Part shown: positions 13,641-24,962 of the stretch, one piece after another
How positions within the stretch are numbered: the first letter of the stretch is position 1
Layout: every line of letters starts with the position of its first letter
Assembly: GCA_002269645.1 (NCBI GenBank)
Contig: NIVC01000173.1
Location: 310,001 to 374,000 of the forward strand
Length of the DNA: 64,000 bases
From: Macrostomum lignano
Taxonomy: Eukaryota
Direction: 5' to 3'
Notes under the pieces: generated by a model
Database searches by the model: none
What the model saw: only the letters and a program-made list of their open reading frames with translations
Told to the model about the DNA's origin: nothing
Made by a program: the position numbers and the translations under genes

Positions 13641-13680
13641 TGGTGAGAGTCTCAGCTACTCTCAGCCTTTTAAATGATAG

Positions 13681-13800
13681 ATTATATTAGATTAGATTAG
13701 ATTAGATTAGATTGGATTAGATTAGATTAGATTAGATTAGATTAGATTAGATTAGATTAGATTAGATTCGATTAGATTCGATTAGAATAGATTGGATAAA
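13681..13800. repeat. (ATTAG)n microsatellite
   Basis: Pentanucleotide run. Confidence 0.95.
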
Positions 13801-13917
13801 ATTGGATATGTCAGACTACTTAAGCTACTGCATTACGCTGTGAGTAGTCAGCATCGACATAGCTGCAGTAACCAACAGTTGTCAACTTAGACACACACGC
13901 AATGCCCCTCGGCACAG

Positions 13918-14191
13918 ATTTCTGCTATCAATTTCGGAGATTCCGTTCTTCTCGGAGCGTCTGCACTGCATGCTGTTCCAATTGGAGCACGAGGACTGCG
14001 TCTCAGCGCTGGAGTCTCGCGTCACCGCGCTCATCTCGGTCTGCCGTCAGCTGTACGAGAGTCGATCGGTGCGAAAAGTGCTCAGCCTGGTGCTGGCGCT
14101 GGGCAACCTGCTCAACTATGGTACCAGCAGAGGGCGCGCTGATGGATTCGGTCTGGAGATTCTGGGCAAGCTGAAGGATTTGAGATCCTCG
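13918..14191 (+). CDS. FMN: Formin exon D (FH2 core)
   Basis: RFLLSISEIPFFSERLHCMLFQ...LVLALGNLLNYGTSRGRADGFGLEILGKLKDLRSS contains the FH2 GNxMN/GxAxGF motifs. Phase 2 in, phase 0 out. Confidence 0.93.
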
Positions 14192-14239
14192 GTTAGTTGA
14201 TGAGGCTTATGCATTTTAATACTGATGTAGCCATGTAAC

Positions 14240-15125
14240 CTGTCTTAGGTGCTTACCTGCCTGTCTTAGGTGCTTACCTGCCTGTCTTAGGTGCTTACCT
14301 GCCTGTCTTACATGTAGGTGCTTACCTGCCTGTCTTAGGTGCTTACCTGCCTGTCTTAGGTGCTTACCTGCCTGTCTTAGGTGCTTACCTGCCTGTCTTA
14401 CATGTAGGTGCTTACCTGCCTGTCTTAGGTGCTTACCTGCCTGTCTTAGGTGCTTACCTGCCTGTCTTAGGTGCTTACCTGCCTGTCTCAGGTGCTTACC
14501 TTAAGTTACCTGCCTGTTTAATTTATAGGTGCTTACCTGCCTGTTTTATTGGTGATTACCTGCCTGTTTTATTGGTGCTTACCTGCCTGTTTTATTGGTG
14601 CTTACCTGCCTGTTTTATAAGTGCTTACCTGCCTGTTTATTGGTGCTTACCTGCCTGTTTTATTGGTGCTTACCTGCCTGTTTATTGGTGCTTACCTGCC
14701 TGTTTATTGGTGCTTACCTGCCTATCTTAGGTGCTTACCTTAAGTTACCTGCCTGTTTATTGGTGCTTACCTGCCTATCTTAGGTGCTTACCTTAAGTTA
14801 CCTGCCTGTTTAATTTATAGGTGCTTACCTGCCTGTTTTATTGGTGCTTACCTGCCTGTTTTATTGGTGCTTACCTGCCTGTTTTATTGGTGCTTACCTG
14901 CCTGTTTTATTGGTGCTTACCTGCCTGTTTATTGGTGCTTACCTGCCTGTTTATTGGTGCTTACCTGCCTATCTTAGGTGCTTACCTTAAGTTACCTGCC
15001 TGTTTAATTTATAGGTGCTTACCTGCCTGTTTTATTGGTGCTTACCTGCCTGTTTTATTGGTGCTTACCTGCCTGTTTTATTGGTGCTTACCTGCCTGTT
15101 TCATTGGTGCTTACCTGCCTGTTTT
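14240..15125. repeat. 21-22-bp minisatellite (TTAGGTGCTTACCTGCCTGTC and variants)
   Basis: Tandem array after the donor at 14192. Confidence 0.95.
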
Positions 15126-15489
15126 AGGTAAATGAGACAAAATGGGAAAACAGGGGTAAAAGAATAGGGAGTGGATATTGGATTGCTTGTGTGTAATTGT
15201 ATCAAGTTACAGTTATTGCCTGAATAAAGCACTAGATATATTTTCATAATATTCTAAACTATGATGAGTATTGCTTAATCTGTCTCAGGCTGAGCATACT
15301 TGCGTTTCTCAAAGCTACTTCAAGGTAAAGTATTATATTAGTTATGCCCAGTTCATTTGTTACATTAAAGTTCGACTGCTGTTGAAGTTTAAAGTTTAAA
15401 AAAAACTTTGCTGACTAAATCTTGCACTGTTTCTTGAAGTTCTACTTCAAAAACAAAACAGAACTCATCAAAAATGAATTTCATCTCAG

Positions 15490-15772
15490 GAGAACACCTG
15501 CACGCTATTCCAAGTGCTGGTTAGCATGTACATCGACGAGTACTGGGAGAGCGGCAGCCCCGAGCTGGGCACCGTAGTGCCGTTCCCTCTGCCCGACCCG
15601 GAAGAGGTCAAGCAAGCGGCTGAAGTGGACCTGGCCGGCGTGAAAGGCGAACTGCGGCACCTGTCGGCCAGGCTGATTGCCAACGAGAAGATCGTGAGAA
15701 AGGTGGCCACCTCGTCTGCGCCTAGCGAGCGGGAACCGTTTGCTAAGAAGATGAACTCATTTCTGGATAGAG
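15490..15772 (+). CDS. FMN: Formin exon E (FH2)
   Basis: ENTCTLFQVLVSMYIDEY...VVPFPLPDPEEV...EPFAKKMNSFLDR. The FPLP motif is typical of FMN1/2/Capu. Acceptor CATCTCAG|, donor AG|GTGAGC. Confidence 0.9.
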
Positions 15773-16877
15773 GTGAGCTGAGGTCAGCAATGCTTGTAAT
15801 AAGTAAATGTTGGATGCAGTAGTTTGTTTGTTTGTTCTGGGGAACCGTTCGCAAGTTTGGTTCGAGTGTGACATCCAGAGTAAATATTAGATAACAAACA
15901 CTCAGGACTTGCTTGCACCGTCGACACCGAATGAGCCATTGAATTGCATATGAATCCGATGTACAATCACGCAAAAATTGGCTTGGTTTGCATGCCGCCA
16001 GCTCTGTAGTAGGCCATCGTACTGGATTTGGAATGAAGACGTTAGTGCATCATCAAAGAAGCCGCCGGTTGTGTCATCGGTGTAAAAGCAGTTCAGGGAA
16101 TCGAATATTCGAGCACTTGTACCAACGATTAACCATTTTTGTTGCACACACCTGCCAATTCAACAACAACATGTGCTGTCTAGGTCTTTACAAAGGTACA
16201 TGTAGAGTCACCGGGCGCGCCTCTGGTCCGATCGAATTCTGGACGCTGGCGTCAGCCAGCAGGCAGTTGACGAAACATCGAGTGCACGCCTGCCCCCTCC
16301 GGTAGGGTTGCCAGCAGCGTCAGCAGCAGAACCTTATGCACCGGCTGTGACCAGTGCGAGTTCATGGCGAATGATGTGGCCTCCCAGCTGGAGTCGGCGT
16401 AAAAGGTCGCTTGGACGGGCCAAGGGCGTTGCGGCGTTGATGAAATGGAAACTCTGCTCGTCGCCTGTGTTGAAGGCGTCGCAATTATGCAGTCCTTCCC
16501 ACCGCCGAAGCTCAAGGCGATAATTTGATCTAGTCAAATGACTAGCGAGTAGTCAACCAGGCATGCCCATCCGCTGACCCCTGAGTACGCAAACGCGCTC
16601 AGACAGGATGTACAGTCCTGACGTAGTTCGATTCCGTTCTCTGCGACGTCTATCTAGAGCCGTGAGAGTCTCGACCATTGCGACCGAACCTCCAAGAAGC
16701 AGATCGTGTACATTCTTGACGATTAGACAATGCATGTCTGTGTGGTTGCTAACAGACAAGCACAGACATACTGCATCGATACTGCATCGATTCTAACGCG
16801 TCTTCATCATACCTTCTCTATACATTAGAAAATGGCCCCATGGTTCGTTTACTTTTCAATTTTCATTTTTCCCACAG

Positions 16878-17067
16878 CCAAAAAAGATTTAAGCGAATTT
16901 CGCGAAACAGTTACGGACGCCGAGACTTGCTACTGCAACATTCTCATGTACTTCTGCCAGCCGCCATCCACACCGCCAAAGGAGTTTTTCAGCCACTGGG
17001 CAGCGTTTTGTGTCGATTTTAAAGAGCAGCTTAGGCGACAAGTTAATCTGCGGCAGCGAGGGGTCAC
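16878..17067 (+). CDS. FMN: Formin exon F (end of FH2); terminates at TGA 17069-17071 if unspliced
   Basis: AKKDLSEFRETV...YFCQPPSTPPKEFFSHWAAFCVDFKEQL matches the FH2 C-terminus (FFxxWxxFCxDFK). Phase-1 acceptor CCACAG|. A perfect donor AC|GTGAGT overlaps the stop codon. Confidence 0.88.
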
Positions 17068-17267
17068 GTGAGTGTTTACAATATGTTTTAATTAGTAATT
17101 TTACTACACCTTTTTACTTTCTATTTTGAAAAATCTGCACTCAATATTGACATCTTTGCATTCAATTTTGACAATCTTTGGCATCGCTTGTTGAAATTTT
17201 CAACCTATTTTGACAAACCCAAATGCAATAGTGACGAATTTCAACTGAAATTGACAAACTCCCAACT

Positions 17268-17464
17268 TTATTAACAATTTGCAAGCAATTTTGACAGTGT
17301 GCATTCAATTTTGACTATGCATTCAATTTTTTGCATTCACTCTGTCAAAAATTGATGCACATATGCAAGTTTTGTTCCATAGACGGCGAGACAAAGGCAC
17401 TGTTTTGTAACCCAGTGTCAAAATTGAATGCTCACTGTCAAAATTGCTTGCAAATTTTTAATAA
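17268..17464. repeat. 48-bp inverted repeat with 101-bp spacer (fold-back/MITE-like)
   Basis: 17268-17315 is the reverse complement of 17417-17464 with about 2 mismatches. Confidence 0.85.
17383..17410 (+). CDS. FMN: Possible short terminal formin exon (TRRDKGTVL*)
   Basis: Acceptor GTTTTGTTCCATAG| is phase-compatible with the donor at 17068. Stop TAA at 17408-17410, AATAAA at 17460. Too short for homology support. Confidence 0.3.
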
Positions 17465-18466
17465 ATTTTTAATTTTTAAATTCTGCCATAATCTGAGTTA
17501 GGAAACATGGCTTAGAACAAATGAGCAAATTCATCTTTAGTATTAAAACTTGTTGACTTGAAGGCAGTATATTCTATACCTAATTGGGTTTTTGCCTCAA
17601 TAGCCTGAATGAGTTTATGGTTGTTGCTAGTTGATGAAGCATCTGCTTTAGTAAAAAAAGCCTTTTTTAAGCAGAAAAACACTTCCCTATTCCCTTCATG
17701 CTTCTTCCTTTTTATGTGTTGTTTCATGACTGCAATGCCATTATTTCTTATATTAATAGTCACCATTTCTTCACTTTCATTTGTAGAACTCACTTAGTTT
17801 TGGAATTCATTTACTTGATTTGCTGGTTTTGAAATGATTGACTAATATTTTATCAAAATGTTTTCACAAACAATCTGATAAAACTACCATCTATCAGGCA
17901 AAAAACTGATTAATTGTCCACTTATCTTTGCTTTTATAACTGCATTTTTTATGTTCCTAACTATGAAAAAGTGAAAAATCAATGTGACAAAGTGTGACAA
18001 AACCAATGGAGGCTGAAGCAACAGTTCATTAGTCTAACTGCAAACCTTTACTATTTACTACTAAGATCTCCAAAGAAAAGTAAATGATGTCAAGGTTGTA
18101 ATTTAGCACAAATGTAGCTAGCACAAAATTTAGCACAAAATGTCATGACTTGTAGTTAGTGCTGGTTAATATATTCATAAAATGCAATTGTCATTGCTAA
18201 TAATTTAGCAACATTTCAATTGAATTATTCAATACTGAATATATTCCTATTTACTAAAAATAAGCAATATAAAATCCATTTTATCTATAAGTTATGCACT
18301 TAGCCTAAACTTCAAATGTGACAGCTTGTTATGTATTTGTTTATCTTTATTAATCTTTGAAGAGTCTACAGAATTTCATGCTACATGTACTGAGTGCATG
18401 CATGTACTATCTAAAAAGACTTTTATTAGTCAGTTGTTATAAAATGCTTGCTTTTTCAGATGCCCC

Positions 18467-18724
18467 ATGGCCAGTCCAGAAGAGGACACTGGTCGCAATA
18501 GAGATTCGCTCTCGCCTCCATTTGACGATGTCAATGATGATGACGAAAATGACAGTAATAATAGCTATAGTTCGGATGCAGATGAAGGTAGTGCTGGGCA
18601 GCTGGGCGAACAGGAGTTGGATCCAGCTGTCTGGTGCTTGTTGGATAGGGTTGGACGGAGGCACTGGCTTAACAGCGATGGACTGCTGCTGATTGGTCGG
18701 GAGGATTGCAGCCTCATGCTTAAG
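18467..18724 (+). CDS. CEP170: CEP170-like exon 1 (acidic leader plus start of FHA)
   Basis: [14 protein letters not shown]...[13 protein letters not shown] aligns with the CEP170 FHA start (WFLV...RHRL...FVGRDDCELML). Acceptor TTTTTCAG| at 18459, donor AAG|GTGACT. Confidence 0.88.
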
Positions 18725-18764
18725 GTGACTGTTAGTGAATTCGTTTGGTTAGCCATTTATCTCT

Positions 18765-19035
<271 letters not shown>

Positions 19036-19098
19036 TGTATGCCTACTTACCTACCTGGTAAAATGTCTAGATATTAATTAGCCTATTAATAATTTCAG

Positions 19099-19188
19099 TC
19101 GCACAGCGTGGATCCTCAGCACGCTGTGATGACATACGACTCCGAGCTCGGACTGTATCGCGTCAAAGACCTCGGCACTGTTAACGGG
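19099..19188 (+). CDS. CEP170: CEP170-like exon 2 (FHA)
   Basis: SHSVDPQHAVMTYDSELGLYRVKDLGTVNG carries the FHA SxxHA and DLGSxNG motifs. Phase 0/0. Confidence 0.93.
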
Positions 19189-19449
19189 GTAAGCCTTTTA
19201 AGCCGTTTGCCGTTCGCTTTTTTCGTCTTTCTAGTCATTTTTTATGACAGTCTGCCGGCAGTTTTTTTGCTCCCCTTCGCCTTCTATTCTTGCAACTATC
19301 TATTTTTCTAAGAAATATTGATTGACAGCCGATGTCTGTTCGCTAACTTCACTTCCTTCTTTTTATATATTTTTCTATCTAGTTTCTAGTATTCCGTTTT
19401 TTGACGCATTTTTTAAATTTGTACTGTATTTTCTTTTTCTGAATATGCT

Positions 19450-20300
19450 GGCACCCACTGAAGTACCTGAAGAGGGCAGTGGCACCCGCTGAAGTACCTG
19501 AAGAGGGCAGTGGCACCCACTGAAGTACCTGAAGAGAGAGCGGTGGCACCCACTGAAGTATCTGAAGAGGGCAGTGGCACCCACTGAAGTACCGGAAGAG
19601 AGAGCGGTGGCACCCACTGAAGTATCTGAAGAGAGAGCGGTGGCACCCACTGAAGTATCTGAAGAGAGAGCGGTGGCACCCACTGAAGTATCTGAAGAGG
19701 GCAGTGGCACCCACTGAAGTACCGGAAGAGAGAGCGGTGGCACCCACTGAAGTATCTGAAGAGAGAGCGGTGGCACCCACTGAAGTATCTGAAGAGGGCA
19801 GTGGCACCCACTGAAGTACCGGAAGAGAGAGCGGTGGCACCCACTGAAGTATCTGAAGAGAGAGCGGTGGCACCCACTGAAGTATCTGAAGAGAGAGCGG
19901 TGGCACCCACTGAAGTACCGGAAGAGAGAGCGGTGGCACCCACTGAAGTATCTGAAGAGAGAGCGGTGGCACCCACTGAAGTATCTGAAGAGAGAGCGGT
20001 GGCACCCACTGAAGTATCTGAAGAGGGCAGTGGCACCCACTGAAGTACCGGAAGAGAGAGCGGTGGCACCCACTGAAGTATCTGAAGAGAGAGCGGTGGC
20101 ACCCACTGAAGTATCTGAAGAGAGAGCGGTGGCACCCACTGAAGTATCTGAAGAGAGAGCGGTGGCACCCACTGAAGTATCTGAAGAGAGAGCGGTGGCA
20201 CCCACTGAAGTATCTGAAGAGGGCAGTGGCACCCACTAGAGTACCCGAAAGAGGGCAGTGGTATCCACTGAAGTACCTGAAGAGAAAGCGGTGGCACCTA
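19450..20300. repeat. 30/33-bp minisatellite (GTGGCACCCACTGAAGTATCTGAAGAGAGAGCG)
   Basis: In CEP170 intron 2. Produces the repetitive ORFs at 19375-20297. Confidence 0.95.
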
Positions 20301-20377
20301 CTGCATACTTCTCAGGTTCTATAGACACTCGTGCATAGTCGTACAATGATACAGAACCGTTATATTTTCATTGCCAG

Positions 20378-20692
20378 ACATTTGTCAACGAGAGCAGAAT
20401 AGCCGAGGACACCTATGTTTACCTTAACAACGGCGATTCGCTTCGGTTTGGTTACGATTCTAATGTGTTTCGAGTGCAAAGATTTTCCCCAACAACCGCC
20501 GCTGCCACAACGTCTTCTGCGGCCTCCTCAACGCCTCCTTCAGCTGCTCCGTCTGCTTCAGTGCCCGCGACCGCCGCTTCTGCCCTGAAAAGGTCCGAGC
20601 ATCCGCCTGTTGTGTCTCGACCGTCTCTCAGTGGCTTGCCCGTATGGGCTACTGGCGCTGCTAAGGGTGTCTCAGCTATGGCCGAGTGTCCG
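20378..20692 (+). CDS. CEP170: CEP170-like exon 3 (end of FHA plus S/A/P-rich linker)
   Basis: TFVNESRIAEDTYVYLNNGDSLRFGYDSNVFRV matches CEP170 TFVNDVRI...LRFGYD. Donor CCG|GTGAGT at 20693. Confidence 0.92.
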
Positions 20693-21760
20693 GTGAGTTG
20701 TGTCTTCTTAGTGTCTAACATTGGGGTTGTGTGTCCGGTGAGTTGTGTCTTCTTCTTAGTGTCTAATATTAGGGTGGAGTGTCCGGTGAGTTGTGTCTTC
20801 TCAGTGTCTAACATTGGGGTTGTGTGTCCAGTGAGTTGTGTCTTCTTAGTGTCTAACATTGGGGTTGTGTGTCCGGTGAGTTGTGTCTTCTTAGTGTCTA
20901 ACATTGGGGTTGTGTGTCCGGTGAGTTTGTGTCTTCTTAGTGTCTAACATTGGGGTTGTGTGTCCGGTGAGTTGTGTCTTCTTAGTGTCTAATATTGGGG
21001 TTGTGTGTCCGGTGAGTTTGTGTCTTCTTAGTGTCTAATATTGGGGTTGTGTGTCCGGTGAGTTGTGTCTTCTCAGTGTCTAACATTGGGGTTGTGTGTC
21101 CGGTGAGTTTGTGTCTTCTCAGTGTCTAACATTGGGGTTGTGTGTCCGGTGAGTTGTGTCTTCTCAGTGTCTAACATTGGGGTTGTGTGTCCGGTGAGTT
21201 TGTGTCTTCTCAGTGTCTAACATTGGGGTTGTGTGTCCGGTGAGTTTGTGTCTTCTCAGTGTCTAACATTGGGGTTGTGTGTCCAGTGAGTTGTGTCTTC
21301 TCAGTGTCTAACATTGGGGTTGTGTGTCCGGTGAGTTGTGTCTTCTTAGTGTCTAACATTGGGGTTGTGTGTCCGGTGAGTTTGTGTCTTCTCAGTGTCT
21401 AACATTGGGGTTGTGTGTCCGGTGAGTTTGTGTCTTCTCAGTGTCTAACATTGGGGTTGTGTGTCCAGTGAGTTGTGTCTTCTTAGTGTCTAACATTGGG
21501 GTTGTGTGTCCGGTGAGTTGTGTCTTCTTAGTGTCTAACATTGGGGTTGTGTGTCCGGTGAGTTGTGTCTTCTTAGTGTCTAACATTGGGGTTGTGTGTC
21601 CGGTGAGTTGTGTCTTCTTAGTGTCTAACATTGGGGTTGTGTGTCCGGTGAGTTGTGTCTTCTTAGTGTCTAACATTGGGGTTGTGTGTCCGGTGAGTTT
21701 GTGTCTTCTTAGTGTCTAACATTGGGGTTGTGTGTCCGGTGAGTTTGTGTCTTTTTAGTG
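20685..21760 (+). repeat. 45/46-bp minisatellite containing the 5' splice site (GTGTCCG|GTGAGTTGTGTCTTCTTAGTGTCTAACATTGGGGTTGT)
   Basis: I count 24 GTGAGT copies from 20693 to 21739. Confidence 0.96.
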
Positions 21761-22479
21761 CGTAATATTAGGCGTGTCCATGTTTCGATATGCATGCAGT
21801 TTTAAGAACAATGGACTTTAATTAACATTGCTTTAATCAGTCAGTCAGTAAAGCAGAAAAAATAGCAGAATGCTTTCTCCATGCTGCTTTATTTGAAATT
21901 GTAGCGAATAGCGAAACCGTAGAGTTCTTGGTTGCATTGAGTCTATAGAAGAGAGCGGAAAGTGACTGCAATGCTAATTGGTGTTGCATTACCAAAAGTC
22001 TCAGTTCACCTTACTAAGCCTAGCTAATGCAATGCTAAGTTACCATAGCAGTGGTTGAACAAACGACTTTCTTAAAGTAAGTCAGTTTTATGTAAGGCAG
22101 TACACAGACCGCTTTTGCGTATTATTAAATGTCTGCAGAAATGCAGTGTAGCGTAACTTATAACAACAGGAGTGTTAGAAAATGGTGAATTCGCTTAGTA
22201 ATATCTGTAATAATATCAATATTAGTTCAACATGAATAGTTTTGTGTAAGTTAGTAAAACAGAATTAGATAAGCAACAAGGATTCTAGCGGGTTTTTTTA
22301 GCGCTGATGCGTTTTGTATAGGGCTGATCGGTAAACTTTTCTGGTAATTTGTTCGAAGTTTTAAATTAGGGTAAGAGAGGGAGAAAGAGGGAAAGGAGAA
22401 ACAGGCTGACAGAACAGAATGGAAGACCATCGGAAATACACATGCAGAATATATTTAGACCAAGAGATAATCACTATAG

Positions 22480-22529
<50 letters not shown>

Positions 22530-22596
22530 GGCAGGCAGGCAGACAGACAGACAGACAGACAGACAGACAGGCAGACACTGACAGAGAGACAGCCTA

Positions 22597-22629
<33 letters not shown>

Positions 22630-22692
22630 GGCAGGCAGACAGACAGACAGACAGACAGACAGACAGGCAGACACTGACAGAGAGACAGCCTA

Positions 22693-22733
<41 letters not shown>

Positions 22734-22840
22734 GGCAGACACTGACAGAGAGACAACCTAAGACAGACAGACACTAAGACAGACAGACAGACAGACAGAC
22801 AGACACTGACAGAGAGACAGCCTAAGACAGACAGACACTA

Positions 22841-22881
<41 letters not shown>

Positions 22882-22910
22882 GGCAGGCAGACAGACAGAC
22901 ACACACGCAC

Positions 22911-22945
<35 letters not shown>

Positions 22946-22966
22946 CACTGACAGAGAGACAGCCTA

Positions 22967-23007
<41 letters not shown>

Positions 23008-23056
23008 GGCAGACACTGACAGAGAGACAACCTAAGACAAACAGACAGACACTGAC

Positions 23057-23113
<57 letters not shown>

Positions 23114-23134
23114 CACTGACAGAGAGACAGCCTA

Positions 23135-23167
<33 letters not shown>

Positions 23168-23345
23168 GGCTGACACTGACAGAGAGACAGCCTAAGACAA
23201 ACAGACAGACACAGAGAGGCAGACAGACAGACACAGAAAGGCAGACAGACAGACACAGAGAGGCAGACAGACAGACACAGAAAGGCAGGCAGACAGACAA
23301 ACACAGAGTTAGACAGTCAGATACAGACACAGAGAGACACAGACA
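22480..23345. repeat. Compound (GACA)n microsatellite
   Basis: GACA runs with recurring CACTGACAGAGAGACAGCCTAA interruptions. Confidence 0.96.
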
Positions 23346-23460
23346 ATACAGATTTCCACAACAAATTTAGAAACTTGTGCACTAATTCTACTACCGCAAG
23401 TAAAACTGCAGCAAAGCGCAGGCAATTTTACCAGTTAAACTACAATAAACATTCACCCAG

Positions 23461-23809
23461 GCCTGCACTCAGGGCAGCGAAGAATTTCGCCGGTCAAGCG
23501 CAGACCTGAGCAGACTGTGCCTGTTTCATCAGAAGGAGCTGGATCGCGTCTCCACCGCAGCTAGCATGCCCTCGCCTGGTCAACAATCGGCGGCACCAGC
23601 AACAGCAGCGACCTCTAGCAAACCGGCTGTAACCGCCTCAGTGACCGCTTCTGTAGCTGGAATGCAGGATCCCGGCTTCTCAAAAGATTCGCTCAATTTC
23701 AACTCTAACAATACTACTCAAAATAGTAATACTAGTAAGGATGGCGCCAAGGAAGCTAGTTGCAGCAAAAATAACTTTTCTAGAGGCGTTGAACGAAAGA
23801 AGATTAAAG
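23461..23809 (+). CDS. CEP170: CEP170-like exon 4 (low-complexity linker)
   Basis: Open frame from acceptor CACCCAG| to donor AAAG|GTAAGA. It supplies the phase 0-to-1 change needed between exons 3 and 5. No motif recognised. Confidence 0.65.
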
Positions 23810-23884
23810 GTAAGAAGATAAGCTCTGTAAGACTGGCTCGAGTTGTTTATGGATTGTTTAAATATGGGATTTAAAGATCCCTAC

Positions 23885-24870
23885 TAGAATTTAGGATCTA
23901 GATATCTGAGATTTGAGATCTAGATTTCTGATATTCAGAATCTAGACATCTGCGATTTGGGATCTAGATTTCGGAGATTTGGGATCTAGATTTCGGAGAT
24001 TTGGGATCTAGATTTCGGAGATTTGGGATCTAGATTTCGGAGATTTGGGATCTAGATTTCGGAGATTTGGGATCTAGATTTCGGAGATTTGGGATCTAGA
24101 TTTCGGAGATTTGGGATCTAGATTTCGGAGATTTGGGATCTAGATTTCGGAGATTTGGGATCTAGATTTCGGAGATTTGGGATCTAGATTTCGGAGATTT
24201 GGGATCTAGATTTCGGAGATTTGGGATCTAGATTTCGGAGATTTGGGATCTAGAGTTCTGAGATTTGGGATCTAGAGTTCTGAGATTTTGGATCTAGATT
24301 TCTGAGATTTAGGATCTAGATTTCTGATATTCAGAATCTAGATATCTGCGATTTGAGGTCTAGATTTCTGAGATTTAGGATCTAGATTTCTGATATTCAG
24401 AATCTAGATATCTGCGATTTGAGGTCTAGATTTCTGAGATTTAGGATCTAGATTTCTGATATTCAGAATCTAGATATCTGCGATTTGGGATCTAGATTTC
24501 TGAGATTTGGGATCTAGATTTCTGAGATTTGGGATCTAGATTTCGGAGATTTGGAATCTAGATTTCTGATATTCAGAATCTAGATATCTGCGATTTGGGA
24601 TCTAGATTTCTGAGATTTGGGATCTAGATTTCTGAGATTTAGGATCTAGATTTCTGATATTCAGAATCTAGATATCTGCGATTTGGGATCTAGATTTCTG
24701 AGATTTGGGATCTAGATTTCTGAGATTTGGGATCTAGATTTCGGAGATTTGGGATCTAGATTTCTGAGATTTGGGATCTAGATTTCGGAGATTTGGAATC
24801 TAGATTTCTGAGATTTTAGATCTAGATTTCTGAGATTTAGGATCTAGATATCCGAGGTTTGGGATATGGA
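23885..24870. repeat. 22-bp minisatellite (GATTTCGGAGATTTGGGATCTA)
   Basis: In CEP170 intron 4. Most units carry the ATCTAGAT palindrome. Confidence 0.95.
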
Positions 24871-24962
24871 TATTTTATATTTGGCAGCTACATTTTAATG
24901 CCTTCCATTATTGAAAATCTAATAAAAAATAGCTATGAAAAACTCAACTTGGCGACTCGCAG

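Noticed and set aside
16534-16536. In-frame TGA as selenocysteine in the minus-strand frame of the formin intron insert
   Set aside because: No redox motif or SECIS could be recognised, and further stops flank the frame.
16590-16645. tRNA/SINE-like fragment (CAGGA-7nt-TCCTG stem followed by GTTCGATTCC)
   Set aside because: The T-stem does not pair, the loop lacks the invariant U33, and no acceptor stem or A-box was found.
19375-20297. Overlapping 285-294 aa ORFs
   Set aside because: They arise from the 30/33-bp minisatellite inside CEP170 intron 2. The FHA exons splice across it in frame.
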